From positions 1 through 29,033 of IMG/VR virus record IMGVR_UViG_3300046103_001535: DNA of 29,033 nucleotides, one strand, 5' to 3'. The notes beneath the pieces are model-generated. The model saw nothing but the letters and a program-made list of their open reading frames with translations, was not told the origin of the DNA and did not search any database. A program made the translations under genes and the position numbers. Of this stretch, positions 14,723-23,902 are shown in pieces; within the stretch, counting starts at the first letter, position 1, and every line of letters begins with the position of its first letter. Source of the stretch: a virus. Its lineage: Duplodnaviria; Caudoviricetes.

Positions 14723-16378
14723 CTAATACCCCTTCCTGTGTACATATTCTTCAATTATGTAGTTGGTTGTCGTAGGTGAACCTTCCGCGGCAAGCTCTGT
14801 GATTATGTCTTCCAATTCATCTACAGGAATACTATTAATGTTAACGTCAAGATCCCCCGACAGCATATCGATACCGAACAGTGTGGTTACTTGGTTGTAT
14901 TCCCAGAAAACTTCAGCTGCGAACTTGCGTGAAACGTCATCGGGAACATTCCCATACCGTTTGTTATCGGGATTTAACTCCCAAGCGGCAACTTTGTCGG
15001 CATACATGCCGTACAATATATTCTTGCGAATACCCCAATCATCGTAACTCTTTGTATTTTTGGAAGCCCTTGGCCCAAGGTACTCCTTCACGCCATCATT
15101 AAAATGCATGAGAGGTGTCTTCATTGGTCTTTTCTGCCCCGGAGCTACTTTATTCGCCATGTTGAAGAACAAATCCTGATCGTTCCTCGATAATTTACCC
15201 GCACTTTTCTTGATTGCATCAGCAATGTTTTGCTTTGTATATGATGGGTCGCTTAGCATTCCCATTACCTCCCAACGGGTTTTCTGATCTGACTCAACAA
15301 GATTACCCGCGCCACCCATTATCATTTTTAGAGACGCTGGATCAGATTCTATTTTTGACCATTCCTCAGCGCCAAGCTCATCGCGAACCTGCAACCATGA
15401 CTTTTCTGGATGCTCTGCCATGTTTTGAATAACCCGACCAACCGAAAGATTAACAGCATCGGCTTTTGCGGACTTTTCGACGGCAAAGTCATGGTCGATC
15501 TGACTCAATGCCAGCTTCAATGGCTCGCCCTCTAGGTCGCGGCGAGCAGCTGCGCGGCGTTCCATTAGATTAAGAGGCTTGCCAACAAGTTCTGCTGAAT
15601 ACTTCTGCGACACTTCAAGGTCAGCAGAGGAGTTAACCTTGAGGCTTAGCTCAGACCTCTGTTCGGGCAGAATCTCGGTTCCCCATCGATCGAGGTAAGC
15701 AGCTGCGCCTTCGGTGTTCTTGTTGTTCAGTAATACACCGATCGCGGACTGATGAGCGGCAGACACAGCCGCTTCGACAGCAACCTCGCGTGCATCTTCC
15801 GGGAGTCCCATCATGTTGGCTTTATCAGTGGTGTTCCTAATAATCTGATCAATATAAGGCTGAGGCTCGCTGCTGAATCGAGCAACGTCTTCTTGAGCCT
15901 GAATGACAGCGGCATCGTAGATAGTCCCCTGATACACCTTGCGCTGCTCAGCCGCATGGGATGCGGTTGTTTGGTTCTCGCGCTGCAAGTACTGATTGGT
16001 CGTTGACATGTACTTGCCAGCTTGCGGTCCAGGCAACAGGCTTTTGCCAACTTCATTACGCATCTTTTCTACGTTTCTTATGTAGTTGTCTCGGGCTTCG
16101 TAGGTTGCGTTGCCGCCCTGAAGGTTCTGAAAGCCATCCTCGGCTTCACCCATAGCGGTCAGTCTTTTCCTGAACTCAAGCTCACTAGCATCTGAGGCCA
16201 TCTTGTCATCAGCGGCCTTCATGCGAAAAGTAACGTCATTCATCTTTCGGCTTGCTGATGTTAGTCCTGCACCAAGCCCAGCACCAAACGCATCCGCTCC
16301 AGGGTTAACCCTTATGGAAACGTCAGGCAGACCTTGCTGCTGTACTTGACTGGTGTTGTACTCTGGAACTTTGGGCAT
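14723..16378 (-). CDS. Internal virion/ejection protein (T7 gp15-position)
   Basis: 551 aa, helical and Ala/Gln/Glu-rich. N-terminus MPKVPEY...AFGAGLGAGL is typical of this slot. AAGGA RBS upstream; lies between the gp14-like gene and the giant gene. Confidence 0.7.
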   Translation of the reverse strand: MPKVPEYNTSQVQQQGLPDVSIRVNPGADAFGAGLGAGLTSASRKMNDVTFRMKAADDKMASDASELEFRKRLTAMGEAEDGFQNLQGGNATYEARDNYIRNVEKMRNEVGKSLLPGPQAGKYMSTTNQYLQRENQTTASHAAEQRKVYQGTIYDAAVIQAQEDVARFSSEPQPYIDQIIRNTTDKANMMGLPEDAREVAVEAAVSAAHQSAIGVLLNNKNTEGAAAYLDRWGTEILPEQRSELSLKVNSSADLEVSQKYSAELVGKPLNLMERRAAARRDLEGEPLKLALSQIDHDFAVEKSAKADAVNLSVGRVIQNMAEHPEKSWLQVRDELGAEEWSKIESDPASLKMIMGGAGNLVESDQKTRWEVMGMLSDPSYTKQNIADAIKKSAGKLSRNDQDLFFNMANKVAPGQKRPMKTPLMHFNDGVKEYLGPRASKNTKSYDDWGIRKNILYGMYADKVAAWELNPDNKRYGNVPDDVSRKFAAEVFWEYNQVTTLFGIDMLSGDLDVNINSIPVDELEDIITELAAEGSPTTTNYIIEEYVHRKGY

Positions 16379-16413
16379 GCCTTGTCCTTAGTAATCAGGG
16401 ATAATTAAATGGC

Positions 16414-16977
16414 CTATCCTGTCGGATTGACGGGCACTGTCTGGTTGGTGAAACCATTGTTATACATATACCAATCACGAGACACTGTGCCAGCGCCAGA
16501 GATTAATGTTCCTGCTGCATTGAGCGTGCCTGCACGTTCTGCCAGTTCGCCACCAGCAAGATCATTCATGCCACCGACCTCATAACCGTAAGCTTGGCGC
16601 TGGGCATTGCTTCGGATGATCTGAGCATCGAGCTCGCCGAAGTCGCTAGTGTCCTGCATCATATTGAAAGCAGACCCGACCCCGGCGTTAATACCACTAG
16701 CACCAAAGTTGGCTTTCTGTTTGCTCTTGACCAGACCGACCTGCCTACGATGATCAGCCTCGGCATTCTCGCCGCGCTTGATTGCATCGGTAGCCATTCG
16801 GTTCTTAATCATGGCGTTGTTCTGTGCAACCTCACCCTGATACTGACCCTGCTCATATTGAGAGTAGGCGGATATACCAGTGCCAATAAGAGATACAGCA
16901 GTCATTGTGCCAATTGCTGCGGCTGTTCCGCCTGAGGCAGCCGCCGGCGCTAAAAATGCTAAGAATGGTAGACACAT
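16414..16977 (-). CDS. Internal virion/ejection protein (T7 gp14-like)
   Basis: MC start, hydrophobic Ala/Gly-rich N-terminus, Q-rich helix, (F)GASGI..G.GS motif and C-terminal AAGTLISGAG. Confidence 0.8.
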   Translation of the reverse strand: MCLPFLAFLAPAAASGGTAAAIGTMTAVSLIGTGISAYSQYEQGQYQGEVAQNNAMIKNRMATDAIKRGENAEADHRRQVGLVKSKQKANFGASGINAGVGSAFNMMQDTSDFGELDAQIIRSNAQRQAYGYEVGGMNDLAGGELAERAGTLNAAGTLISGAGTVSRDWYMYNNGFTNQTVPVNPTG

Positions 16978-16980
16978 AAT

Positions 16981-17271
16981 CTATGCTCCGAGAAGTGTTT
17001 TGTTGGTGTTAGGCCCATCAGGGTTTGATCGGCGAACCGTCGCGCGTTGGTCATCGGACTTTTTAGCTTGTCGTTTCTGTGTCAGAACGGTGTTATCGGA
17101 AACCGCCTGAGTATACGCTTCTGTCTTTTTTCGAGCCTGACGGCCACCGAAAGCATCGCCCACATGCTGGAAAGATTCTCTGTGAATGCCCTTGAAATTC
17201 AGAGGGTTAAGCCCCTCCTTGCCTACGGCCATTGCCCTTTTTGGATCAAGTATCGCACTAATTTCACACAT
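16981..17271 (-). CDS. Small virion protein (MC start, C-terminal KTLLGA)
   Basis: 96 aa, TAATG-coupled to the upstream gene. The basic C-terminal half ends in KTLLG, like the small protein upstream of the portal. Confidence 0.65.
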   Translation of the reverse strand: MCEISAILDPKRAMAVGKEGLNPLNFKGIHRESFQHVGDAFGGRQARKKTEAYTQAVSDNTVLTQKRQAKKSDDQRATVRRSNPDGPNTNKTLLGA

Positions 17272-17732
17272 TAAGCTGCCCTCCGGGCAAAAGGATAGAA
17301 CAGCTCGCCGTTCACTCCATATTCAACTGGTTCACTAAACTCAAACCCCAGCCATTTAAGCCATCGAATGGACGTATTATTACGCACATCGACATAGTTT
17401 CGTAGCTCAGGGTAGGTGTTTCCCATAGAAAGTAGATAAGTTCGGCACTCCAAAATGAACTGGCGCTTCACTTTATCCACGCCATCAGTACCTATCAGCC
17501 AAGGTGCGCCCACTCCGCTAAGGACTGAGATTGGGGCGACGCCGAAAATGATCGCAGGCTTATCATCAACCATTCCCGTATAGCACGATGTCGATAGCCG
17601 ATAGGATCGGTATATGGCTTGCATGATTCCTATGTTGGTTGCGGCGTTAATCTCACGCCGATCATGCTCACGGATGTTACAGGCTATCTCAATGATATGC
17701 TCTGCCTTGGCGGGGATGACATATCCCCTCAT
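17271..17732 (-). CDS. T7 gp13-like protein, GNAT acetyltransferase-like fold
   Basis: IREHDRREI.A, G.PWLIGT and L.NYVDVRNNTSIRWLKWLGFEF (GNAT motif-B-like N..S.R.L..LGF); located directly after the nozzle gene. Confidence 0.8.
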   Translation of the reverse strand: MRGYVIPAKAEHIIEIACNIREHDRREINAATNIGIMQAIYRSYRLSTSCYTGMVDDKPAIIFGVAPISVLSGVGAPWLIGTDGVDKVKRQFILECRTYLLSMGNTYPELRNYVDVRNNTSIRWLKWLGFEFSEPVEYGVNGELFYPFARRAA

Positions 17733-20494
17733 CAGAGCAATATCACTTCGGGGATCAGCGCCAGTATTGTTGCCGGCAAAGGATATGGCTGACGGATAAG
17801 TACCTGCCCGTCCTCAGTCCACTCAATAGCCATACTCAAATACTTGACTCCACTGCTTAGTTCCAAGCCTATGTATCCGTCGCCCACATCTCGCTCTTTA
17901 AAGTCGTATAGCTTTGCTGCATTCTTGCCACCCTGGAGTCCACGGCTTTCCTCAACCCGTAGCGCCAGGCGACTGATACCCTTCTTCCGGGAGTTTGAGC
18001 TGGCATCTGGTGAACTGAAGTCTACTGGCAGCGTTTGAATATCACATAGATAGCCGAGACCAACACTCACCTTGTACGCTGGGCTTGGCAGCGTGATCGC
18101 TCCATTAACAACCACAAGGTCTGACACTACGTTGCCGTCAGCGAGAGCCTGTACTGTTTTACCCTCCAGGTGATTCAGACCTACAACGCTCTTGGAGCAT
18201 TCTTTTAACCTTCCGTTAGACACCCAGTCTTCATACAGATTTGAGTCTATGCTTCTTCCATTGAGGTCGAGAAGCTTGATCTTGGTGCTGTCTATCTTAG
18301 CCACTTTGAATAGTCGGTCATTAAGCGTCACCATGCCGACAATGCCTGTGACCAAGACAATATCGTCATCGACAAAGCTGTGACTTCCATTCACAAATGT
18401 GTCAGCGCCTTTTTCTATGCTGGTAATCTTTGAGTAGGTTGCCATAGTACGAGTCAAGCCTGCATCAACACAGAAGGGGTTTGACTTGCTTCCGGGGAAG
18501 TCTCGCTCGTGCAGTCGCTCAACAAAGTATTTGGTTACGCCACCGACCTCTCGCTTAACAGTAGCATAGATAATGCTTTCAGCGCCCTCAGCAATACTGC
18601 TGACCGATACAAATTCGCCCTCGGTGCTGTGTTGAGTCCAGCCCCATACCTCTTGCTCGGTAAGGTATGTCAGCATAAGCAAAACGCCATCGTCCCGAAC
18701 GGCTGCAACGATGCTATACGGCTCTTCGGCATAACACCAATCTACGATCTGATGACCTCGAAAAAGATGCTCAGCCATTATCGATAGATCACCTGAGATG
18801 TGTTTGTCATCCTCGAAAGAGTATTCAAGATTGCGAATCCTGGAGCCTTGCTCTTGAACAAACAAAGCAGTACCACCAACCTCCAGAGGACGTACTTGAT
18901 TGCAGCCGCGACCACCCTGTCGCACGGCTTGTACGTTTCCTGGTGATACTGCCGAAGAGTCATCGGCTGCGCTGATCGCCCACTCACCGCCTGATGTCAT
19001 TACCATCAGGTCTTCCATCGGCATCAGATGTCGTATTTCGTTAACTTGCCTGTTTGCTAAAGCAACGGTAATAGAATCATCGGAACGCTGAGGCCGACTG
19101 TAATCCATATTATCAAAGTCGCCTGTTTTGCTCATCCAAAATGTTTGCGGGTAAGTATACGATCCGCCAAACGCCAGCCTCTGTTGATAGTACGCCACAC
19201 TACGCGGATAGAGATTCGTAGCGTTAAAAGGATTGGATGCGACCGGCGGAGTAATGCCAACATCAGGGCCAAGGTTATAGTCGGTAAAGCCGGGGCGGAC
19301 ACGCATCTCACCAGCTGCAATCCAATGACCAGAGTCGTGCGCCCAGGTTGCAGCCGAAGTGTCTAAAGCTGGAGTGAACCTAAACTGGGTAGAAGAATAA
19401 TATTCAATAATTGAATACTTGTCGTTTAGTTGCTCATACTGTGCCTCGCCATCGATACCAGAAAACCAAACCGCGTCACCTTCAACAAGCCCGTGGGCCG
19501 ATGCCACAGTTACAAGTGCGTCTACGCTTTCTGTAATTGAGACAACGGCTATAGCCGCGTCTGGTTCTGCATCAGCCTCACCGACGAACCCGAAAGTTCC
19601 CGACATATGGCTGCGCTCTTTATAGACGTTGTAGTAAGTCGCTCCTGAGTTGTTGTCCCAGTTCATCTGAACGCCTCGGGTTGCCCCTTGAGGAAGAGGA
19701 GACCATATAGCGGCCACAGCTGAACCGACAGACTCATCACCCGAGTCATTTGCAGTTGTAATAACGTACCTATAGGCTTTTGCGCCAGTTGAAGGGGTAG
19801 AGCCTACATTGCTTAGCGTAATATTAGCGGGCGGTGTCAATGAAGAGGCGAAGTTTAGTGGCGACACAGTCCAGGCATAGTGTGCCGTTCTCCGTACTTC
19901 CTGTGGCGGATGAGCCGGGTGAGCTAGAGTCATAACATCGGCAGACTGCGTGAAAGTAATCTCAAACAGCTGGCTTTCGGTGAAAGGAATTGTGATCACG
20001 GGAACTACGGCACATGTGCCTGTAGTCGATGATGTTGTCCCACCCACCAGGAAAGTGGACGATGTCACCCCTGATATAATTCGCGGCGAGTAATCAAGGT
20101 CGGTGCCAGTAAGGGAAAAGAACACCTCGTCACCATCGCTGTACCCGTGCGCAGTTGCGGTTGTAACTTCGCCGCCACTCGTAATGTTGTTAATGACAAC
20201 ATCAGGCTCAAGAACGATACCGCCGTCCATGACAACGCGCATCTTGCCGGCAGAGAATAGGAGCTGATAAGTTTGCTCGGTATTGAATTGAAAGGGTATT
20301 AGCCGGGTCAGTAAGTCACCTGGAACCGCGTAGACAAACTCAAACCCCGGACGGGTAGACATGCCACCGTGGGCATGAACAAACCAGTTGTGCGCAAGAG
20401 CGACCGATGTCTGATAGCGCGATAAGTCTGATCGTGCGTAAAGCCCCGGAGTTATCTCCCCGCCTGTTAGTGATGGCTGGTAATCGCGAGGCAT
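17732..20494 (-). CDS. Tail tubular protein B / nozzle (T7 gp12-like)
   Basis: 920 aa. QPSLTGGEITP.LYARSDL.RY, G..TRPG, LIPFQF, TQSADV..L.H, YP..VAYYQQRL.F, WMSKTGDF.N, EQEVWGW..H and QPYPLP.TILA are characteristic of BPP-1/epsilon15-like nozzle proteins. Confidence 0.88.
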   Translation of the reverse strand: MPRDYQPSLTGGEITPGLYARSDLSRYQTSVALAHNWFVHAHGGMSTRPGFEFVYAVPGDLLTRLIPFQFNTEQTYQLLFSAGKMRVVMDGGIVLEPDVVINNITSGGEVTTATAHGYSDGDEVFFSLTGTDLDYSPRIISGVTSSTFLVGGTTSSTTGTCAVVPVITIPFTESQLFEITFTQSADVMTLAHPAHPPQEVRRTAHYAWTVSPLNFASSLTPPANITLSNVGSTPSTGAKAYRYVITTANDSGDESVGSAVAAIWSPLPQGATRGVQMNWDNNSGATYYNVYKERSHMSGTFGFVGEADAEPDAAIAVVSITESVDALVTVASAHGLVEGDAVWFSGIDGEAQYEQLNDKYSIIEYYSSTQFRFTPALDTSAATWAHDSGHWIAAGEMRVRPGFTDYNLGPDVGITPPVASNPFNATNLYPRSVAYYQQRLAFGGSYTYPQTFWMSKTGDFDNMDYSRPQRSDDSITVALANRQVNEIRHLMPMEDLMVMTSGGEWAISAADDSSAVSPGNVQAVRQGGRGCNQVRPLEVGGTALFVQEQGSRIRNLEYSFEDDKHISGDLSIMAEHLFRGHQIVDWCYAEEPYSIVAAVRDDGVLLMLTYLTEQEVWGWTQHSTEGEFVSVSSIAEGAESIIYATVKREVGGVTKYFVERLHERDFPGSKSNPFCVDAGLTRTMATYSKITSIEKGADTFVNGSHSFVDDDIVLVTGIVGMVTLNDRLFKVAKIDSTKIKLLDLNGRSIDSNLYEDWVSNGRLKECSKSVVGLNHLEGKTVQALADGNVVSDLVVVNGAITLPSPAYKVSVGLGYLCDIQTLPVDFSSPDASSNSRKKGISRLALRVEESRGLQGGKNAAKLYDFKERDVGDGYIGLELSSGVKYLSMAIEWTEDGQVLIRQPYPLPATILALIPEVILL

Positions 20495-21174
20495 TAGTAT
20501 CTCCGATAGAACGCGCCGTTTTCATAATAGTGCTGAGGCATAGAGCTCGACCGCACGGCTAAGTTAGCGGGGAAGGTCTTGCTTGGCGAACGAGCCTGAT
20601 TGGCATCGTGAGCCGTTGCTTCTGCCAAAAACCTCTTGTATTCGTCTGATGCTTTGTCGCTAAGCCTAGACCCAGAGTCACCTCCAAACTGTATAGCAAG
20701 ATCCGATGCCAAGTACCAAGCAAGCGCCTGAACAAACTGGTAGCTGAACAAGGCGGTATCTTCAATTAATCTGGTGTATGCAATGTAAGGCTTGTCTTCG
20801 TTGCAGAGGATAACCTTCGATGTATCGTGCTCGTTAGCGGCAACCTCATAGTTCAGCGAATCGAACCCAAACATCCCAGAGTTGTTGTGAACGATAGAAG
20901 AGCCAACACCTTGCGGCAACAGATATTCTATCTTGAGACAGTCTGTTGGGTAGTCGTATTCATGCAACCATTCAACAGGGGTGTTGGCCGTTAACGCTAA
21001 AGCCTTAACCCTCTTTGCAAAGCGCCACGGGTACTTCTCGAGCAGTTGATTACGGCCCAAGGTATAAAGCACTTTGCACTTTATCGCCTCGGACGTATTC
21101 TCTTCGATATTATCTATGGTTCCCGCACGCGCCCTGATCAACGCCAGGTTGCAGATGTCGGTTACCGTGGTCAT
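20494..21174 (-). CDS. Tail tubular protein A / head-tail adaptor (T7 gp11-like)
   Basis: TDICNLAL, YPWRFA.R..AL, W..EY.YP.DCL and F..ALAW.LA..LA motifs; synteny. Confidence 0.85.
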   Translation of the reverse strand: MTTVTDICNLALIRARAGTIDNIEENTSEAIKCKVLYTLGRNQLLEKYPWRFAKRVKALALTANTPVEWLHEYDYPTDCLKIEYLLPQGVGSSIVHNNSGMFGFDSLNYEVAANEHDTSKVILCNEDKPYIAYTRLIEDTALFSYQFVQALAWYLASDLAIQFGGDSGSRLSDKASDEYKRFLAEATAHDANQARSPSKTFPANLAVRSSSMPQHYYENGAFYRRY

Positions 21175-21335
21175 TAGTCTTTTGCTTTTGCTGCTTTAGC
21201 GACTTTAACAGGCTCAAGGTATGCTGGGCATTCATCTTTTTTAAATGCTGGCAGCTCTACAACGGCGTGCTTTTCGCCGGGTTTTCGCAGAATGCTGTCT
21301 ATATAGCATGTTTCTATTACGCGATACTGAGGCAT
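21174..21335 (-). CDS. Small hypothetical protein, 53 aa (not in ORF track)
   Basis: GGAGA RBS, then MPQYRVIETCYIDSILRKPGEKHAVVELPAFKKDECPAYLEPVKVAKAAKAKD*. Its TAA overlaps the adaptor ATG (TAATG) and it fills the gap exactly. Confidence 0.8.
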   Translation of the reverse strand: MPQYRVIETCYIDSILRKPGEKHAVVELPAFKKDECPAYLEPVKVAKAAKAKD

Positions 21336-21351
21336 AACAATCTCCAAGAAT

Positions 21352-21386
21352 TAAATAAAGGCGGGGGAGACTTAGCTACCCCCGCC
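21352..21386 (-). terminator. Rho-independent terminator after the capsid/cement genes
   Basis: Minus strand GGCGGGGG-tagctaagtct-CCCCCGCC followed by TTTATTTA; 8-bp all-GC stem about 20 nt downstream of the cement stop codon. Confidence 0.8.
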
Positions 21387-21406
21387 ATAGTGCTATTGAC
21401 TAATGA

Positions 21407-21841
21407 TTAGCCGTTACTTTGAATGGCTGTAGTCAGCGCACAAGTTACTTTGCCAGCACTAAAGCCGGTTACAACAACATACTTAACTCGAAGATACTGC
21501 AGCACGCCGTAGGGGATCACCTGAGGTAACAGATAAGCACCTTGTTTCAGGTTTGCAATAACCAATGCGCCTGAGGTTTCCAGCGTGACGGGGCTGGTGA
21601 AAGCCTCATCAGTTGAGGTTTCCAGGGACACAGTTATGTTGCCAGAACCGACAAAGGTAATCACTGACTTGGCAAGCAAGAACAGAGGGGTACCTTTAGC
21701 CGCATCAGCAGCAATGCCCGAGGGCGCGTCTGCTGATGTTTTAACAGCAGCACCATCTACAGATATGATATCCGAGTAGGTGGTAGCCACTGCAGTCTTG
21801 GCAACATCTTCGTCAAACAATGTGAGTGAATCTAAAATCAT
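21407..21841 (-). CDS. Capsid cement/decoration protein (BPP-1 Bbp16-like)
   Basis: MILD.L..F, V.LETS.DE.F.SP and L.YLR.KY.V...G.VT.AL motifs; AGGAG RBS; immediately after the major capsid gene. Confidence 0.82.
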   Translation of the reverse strand: MILDSLTLFDEDVAKTAVATTYSDIISVDGAAVKTSADAPSGIAADAAKGTPLFLLAKSVITFVGSGNITVSLETSTDEAFTSPVTLETSGALVIANLKQGAYLLPQVIPYGVLQYLRVKYVVVTGFSAGKVTCALTTAIQSNG

Positions 21842-21881
21842 TACGTTCTCCTGCGAGAATTAAAGGAAAAACTTGGAGCAA

Positions 21882-22904
21882 TTAAGCCCCGCAGTTTGCT
21901 TCCGTGTTTATGATGGCATCTGTCTCGCGGATTGGAACACCACGATGAGACATAATTTCCTTACCGTCAATCTCGCTTGGAGTGTAACGTAAGGCACCCG
22001 GAGTAACGGTACCGCTAACTGTTGGGCTGGTTGGCGTTGCTTGCTTGTCGAGTGCTTTACACACATCGGTGTTGCAATAGATCGCCGTGCGTCCGCCAGT
22101 AATCTGGCGCTGCTTGCATGCCCAGAAGGCGTCGCGCAATAGACCAAACATATCGGTAGTGCCAGCGTTCATAGCGGCTACATCAACATTTGCAATGCGA
22201 ACAACATAGCGCCAGTCGCGTACAGAAAGACCAATATCCCAAGTGAACTTTTCACGGAATACATCGTAAAGGCTACCGTCTGAAACTTCCTTGGTAGTCT
22301 TGCCTTTGTCTTCGCGACCGAGACCAGCTTTCGAGCCTTTAGGGTACAGGCCGTGAGCTGTGCGTGGTCCCCAAACAACCATCCAGATAGATGTGTTTGC
22401 GTTGCTTGATCCGCCAGCGTTGATGATCTGTCCGCCATTGTCGGCAGAAAGGCTATCGAAGCGTGGGGTCAGACCCATGAACTGCTCAGGATCAGCATCT
22501 GTGTTGCCGTAGAAGATTGCTTCGGCCATCTGCTGATTCATGCCTTCGATGAAAGCAATCGCTTCGTTCAGCCGGAACTGGCGAGGGTTTGCAGACAGTG
22601 CAACGAGCTTAGCGTCAACCTCGGACCATGCTTCAAGCATGCCGCAAGTATCTTCTACCTGAGTGTTAGTGCCTTTCTGGGGCTGAACACCCTGATAGAG
22701 CCGACGCCAAGTTGCCTGGGGAATACCCGAGCGAATGGTAGTCAGATGCTTAGTACCGCTGTTACATTCCATAACAGGAAGATCCTGCAGGATTGGGTTG
22801 GTATCGTTCAAGATCTCAATAATATCCGAGACCACATTGCCTTGATAATCTGACTGCTTAGCCAGATCCAGCAATGTTGGATTTGCGTATGATAAAGTTG
22901 CCAT
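21882..22904 (-). CDS. Major capsid protein (BPP-1/epsilon15-type HK97 fold)
   Basis: PTLLDLAK, IIEIL..TNPIL.D, H.TT.R.G.P..TWR.LY.GV, FYG....PEQF.GL.PRF, TSIW.VVWG, GL.VRDWRYVVRIAN and GVPIR.TDA; GGGAG RBS. Confidence 0.93.
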   Translation of the reverse strand: MATLSYANPTLLDLAKQSDYQGNVVSDIIEILNDTNPILQDLPVMECNSGTKHLTTIRSGIPQATWRRLYQGVQPQKGTNTQVEDTCGMLEAWSEVDAKLVALSANPRQFRLNEAIAFIEGMNQQMAEAIFYGNTDADPEQFMGLTPRFDSLSADNGGQIINAGGSSNANTSIWMVVWGPRTAHGLYPKGSKAGLGREDKGKTTKEVSDGSLYDVFREKFTWDIGLSVRDWRYVVRIANVDVAAMNAGTTDMFGLLRDAFWACKQRQITGGRTAIYCNTDVCKALDKQATPTSPTVSGTVTPGALRYTPSEIDGKEIMSHRGVPIRETDAIINTEANCGA

Positions 22905-22936
22905 GAGAATTAACTCCCGTTAATGGACAGAATTGT

Positions 22937-23590
22937 TTAACCGCCTGTCGCTGGCGTTGTATCTGCATACATATTGTCTGCAGTACCAGGTGATGTGGCG
23001 GCAGGATTGCCAGCGCCCGGATTATCTTCCTTCAAGGTGCGACCTACGGCTAATGCGAATCGGAACATCTCGGGATGATTGCCAGCACCTGTCTGGTTTA
23101 ACATCTCTTTCAATTCCGGTGTACCAAACTGATTGATTGCGCTTGCGGCTATGCCGGCGTTCGCCTCAAAGTCTGCTCCACCCGTTCCGCTGAGCTGTGT
23201 GTCGGTCTTAATGTCGTTAATCCAGCCGTCTAACTGCTGCTTGAATGCATTTTGACCGTCCGTAGCATCAGCCAGCCGCTGTTCCGTAACCATCCCGGTA
23301 AGCTTGTTGGCTTGATCTTGAGTCAGTCCTAGCTCCTTGAATGTTGTCTGAGCTCGGGTCGCAAGACCCTCGTCCAATTCAACACCTTCAGGCATCTCGA
23401 ACAAATACGTTTCTGGAACCTCACTACCGCTTTCCTTGTTGTCGGAGTTCGTTTCCGCAGCTTGATTGCCTTCCCCGGTTGTACTGGCATCAGTTGTGCT
23501 GGTGTCAGTACTCGTTAGAAGGGTTTCACTTGATGTCGAATCCTCGTTGGTATCGGTGTTAGTCTGCCCATCTTGGGTATCTTCCATCAT
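22937..23590 (-). CDS. Capsid assembly scaffolding protein
   Basis: Acidic, Thr-rich disordered N-terminus, VPE.Y.F..PEG, FKELGLTQDQA.KL and L..TG.GNHPE..R motifs. Start moved to ATG 23590 because the track's TTG start region contains the GGAG RBS. Confidence 0.8.
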   Translation of the reverse strand: MMEDTQDGQTNTDTNEDSTSSETLLTSTDTSTTDASTTGEGNQAAETNSDNKESGSEVPETYLFEMPEGVELDEGLATRAQTTFKELGLTQDQANKLTGMVTEQRLADATDGQNAFKQQLDGWINDIKTDTQLSGTGGADFEANAGIAASAINQFGTPELKEMLNQTGAGNHPEMFRFALAVGRTLKEDNPGAGNPAATSPGTADNMYADTTPATGG

Positions 23591-23605
23591 GTTCTTAGTC
23601 TCCAA

Positions 23606-23902
23606 TTATCGTTTCGGCTTTAGTAATTCATGTGCGAGATCCACATCTATGTTTGCTAGATCAGACCAAATCTCTCTACCAAAGTCCTGCCGACCAGACT
23701 TGTGATAGGTCAATGAGTTGCCCGTCATTACTGACTGGAACATCCCACTTCTTTGAATAATATCTGACATGTACCGCTGAAACTCTGGCATCTTTAGCAA
23801 AGTAGTTCTGTCTTTCGCCAGGCGCTCTGAGTACTCTCGAATATCTCTTAGCTCTTCTGCCTTCTTTTCAAGGTCTTCCTTGCGGTCTTCAACTGTGCTC
23901 AC
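23606..23902 (-). CDS. Conserved post-portal protein (Bbp19-like)
   Basis: 98 aa between portal and scaffold. LL..PEF.R....I...G.F......GN....G....G pattern; GTG start overlaps the portal TGA. Confidence 0.6.
   Translation of the reverse strand: MSTVEDRKEDLEKKAEELRDIREYSERLAKDRTTLLKMPEFQRYMSDIIQRSGMFQSVMTGNSLTYHKSGRQDFGREIWSDLANIDVDLAHELLKPKR

Noticed and set aside
471-16155. Dozens of 60-160 aa plus-strand and alternative-frame ORFs over the giant and gp15-like genes
   Set aside because: Antisense or out-of-frame shadows of long genuine genes, with biased composition and no recognisable motifs.
21236-21246. TTTAAAAAAG possible frameshift site in the 53-aa ORF
   Set aside because: The A-AAA-AAG heptamer is not in the required reading phase, and the ORF is already coupled to the next gene by TAATG.
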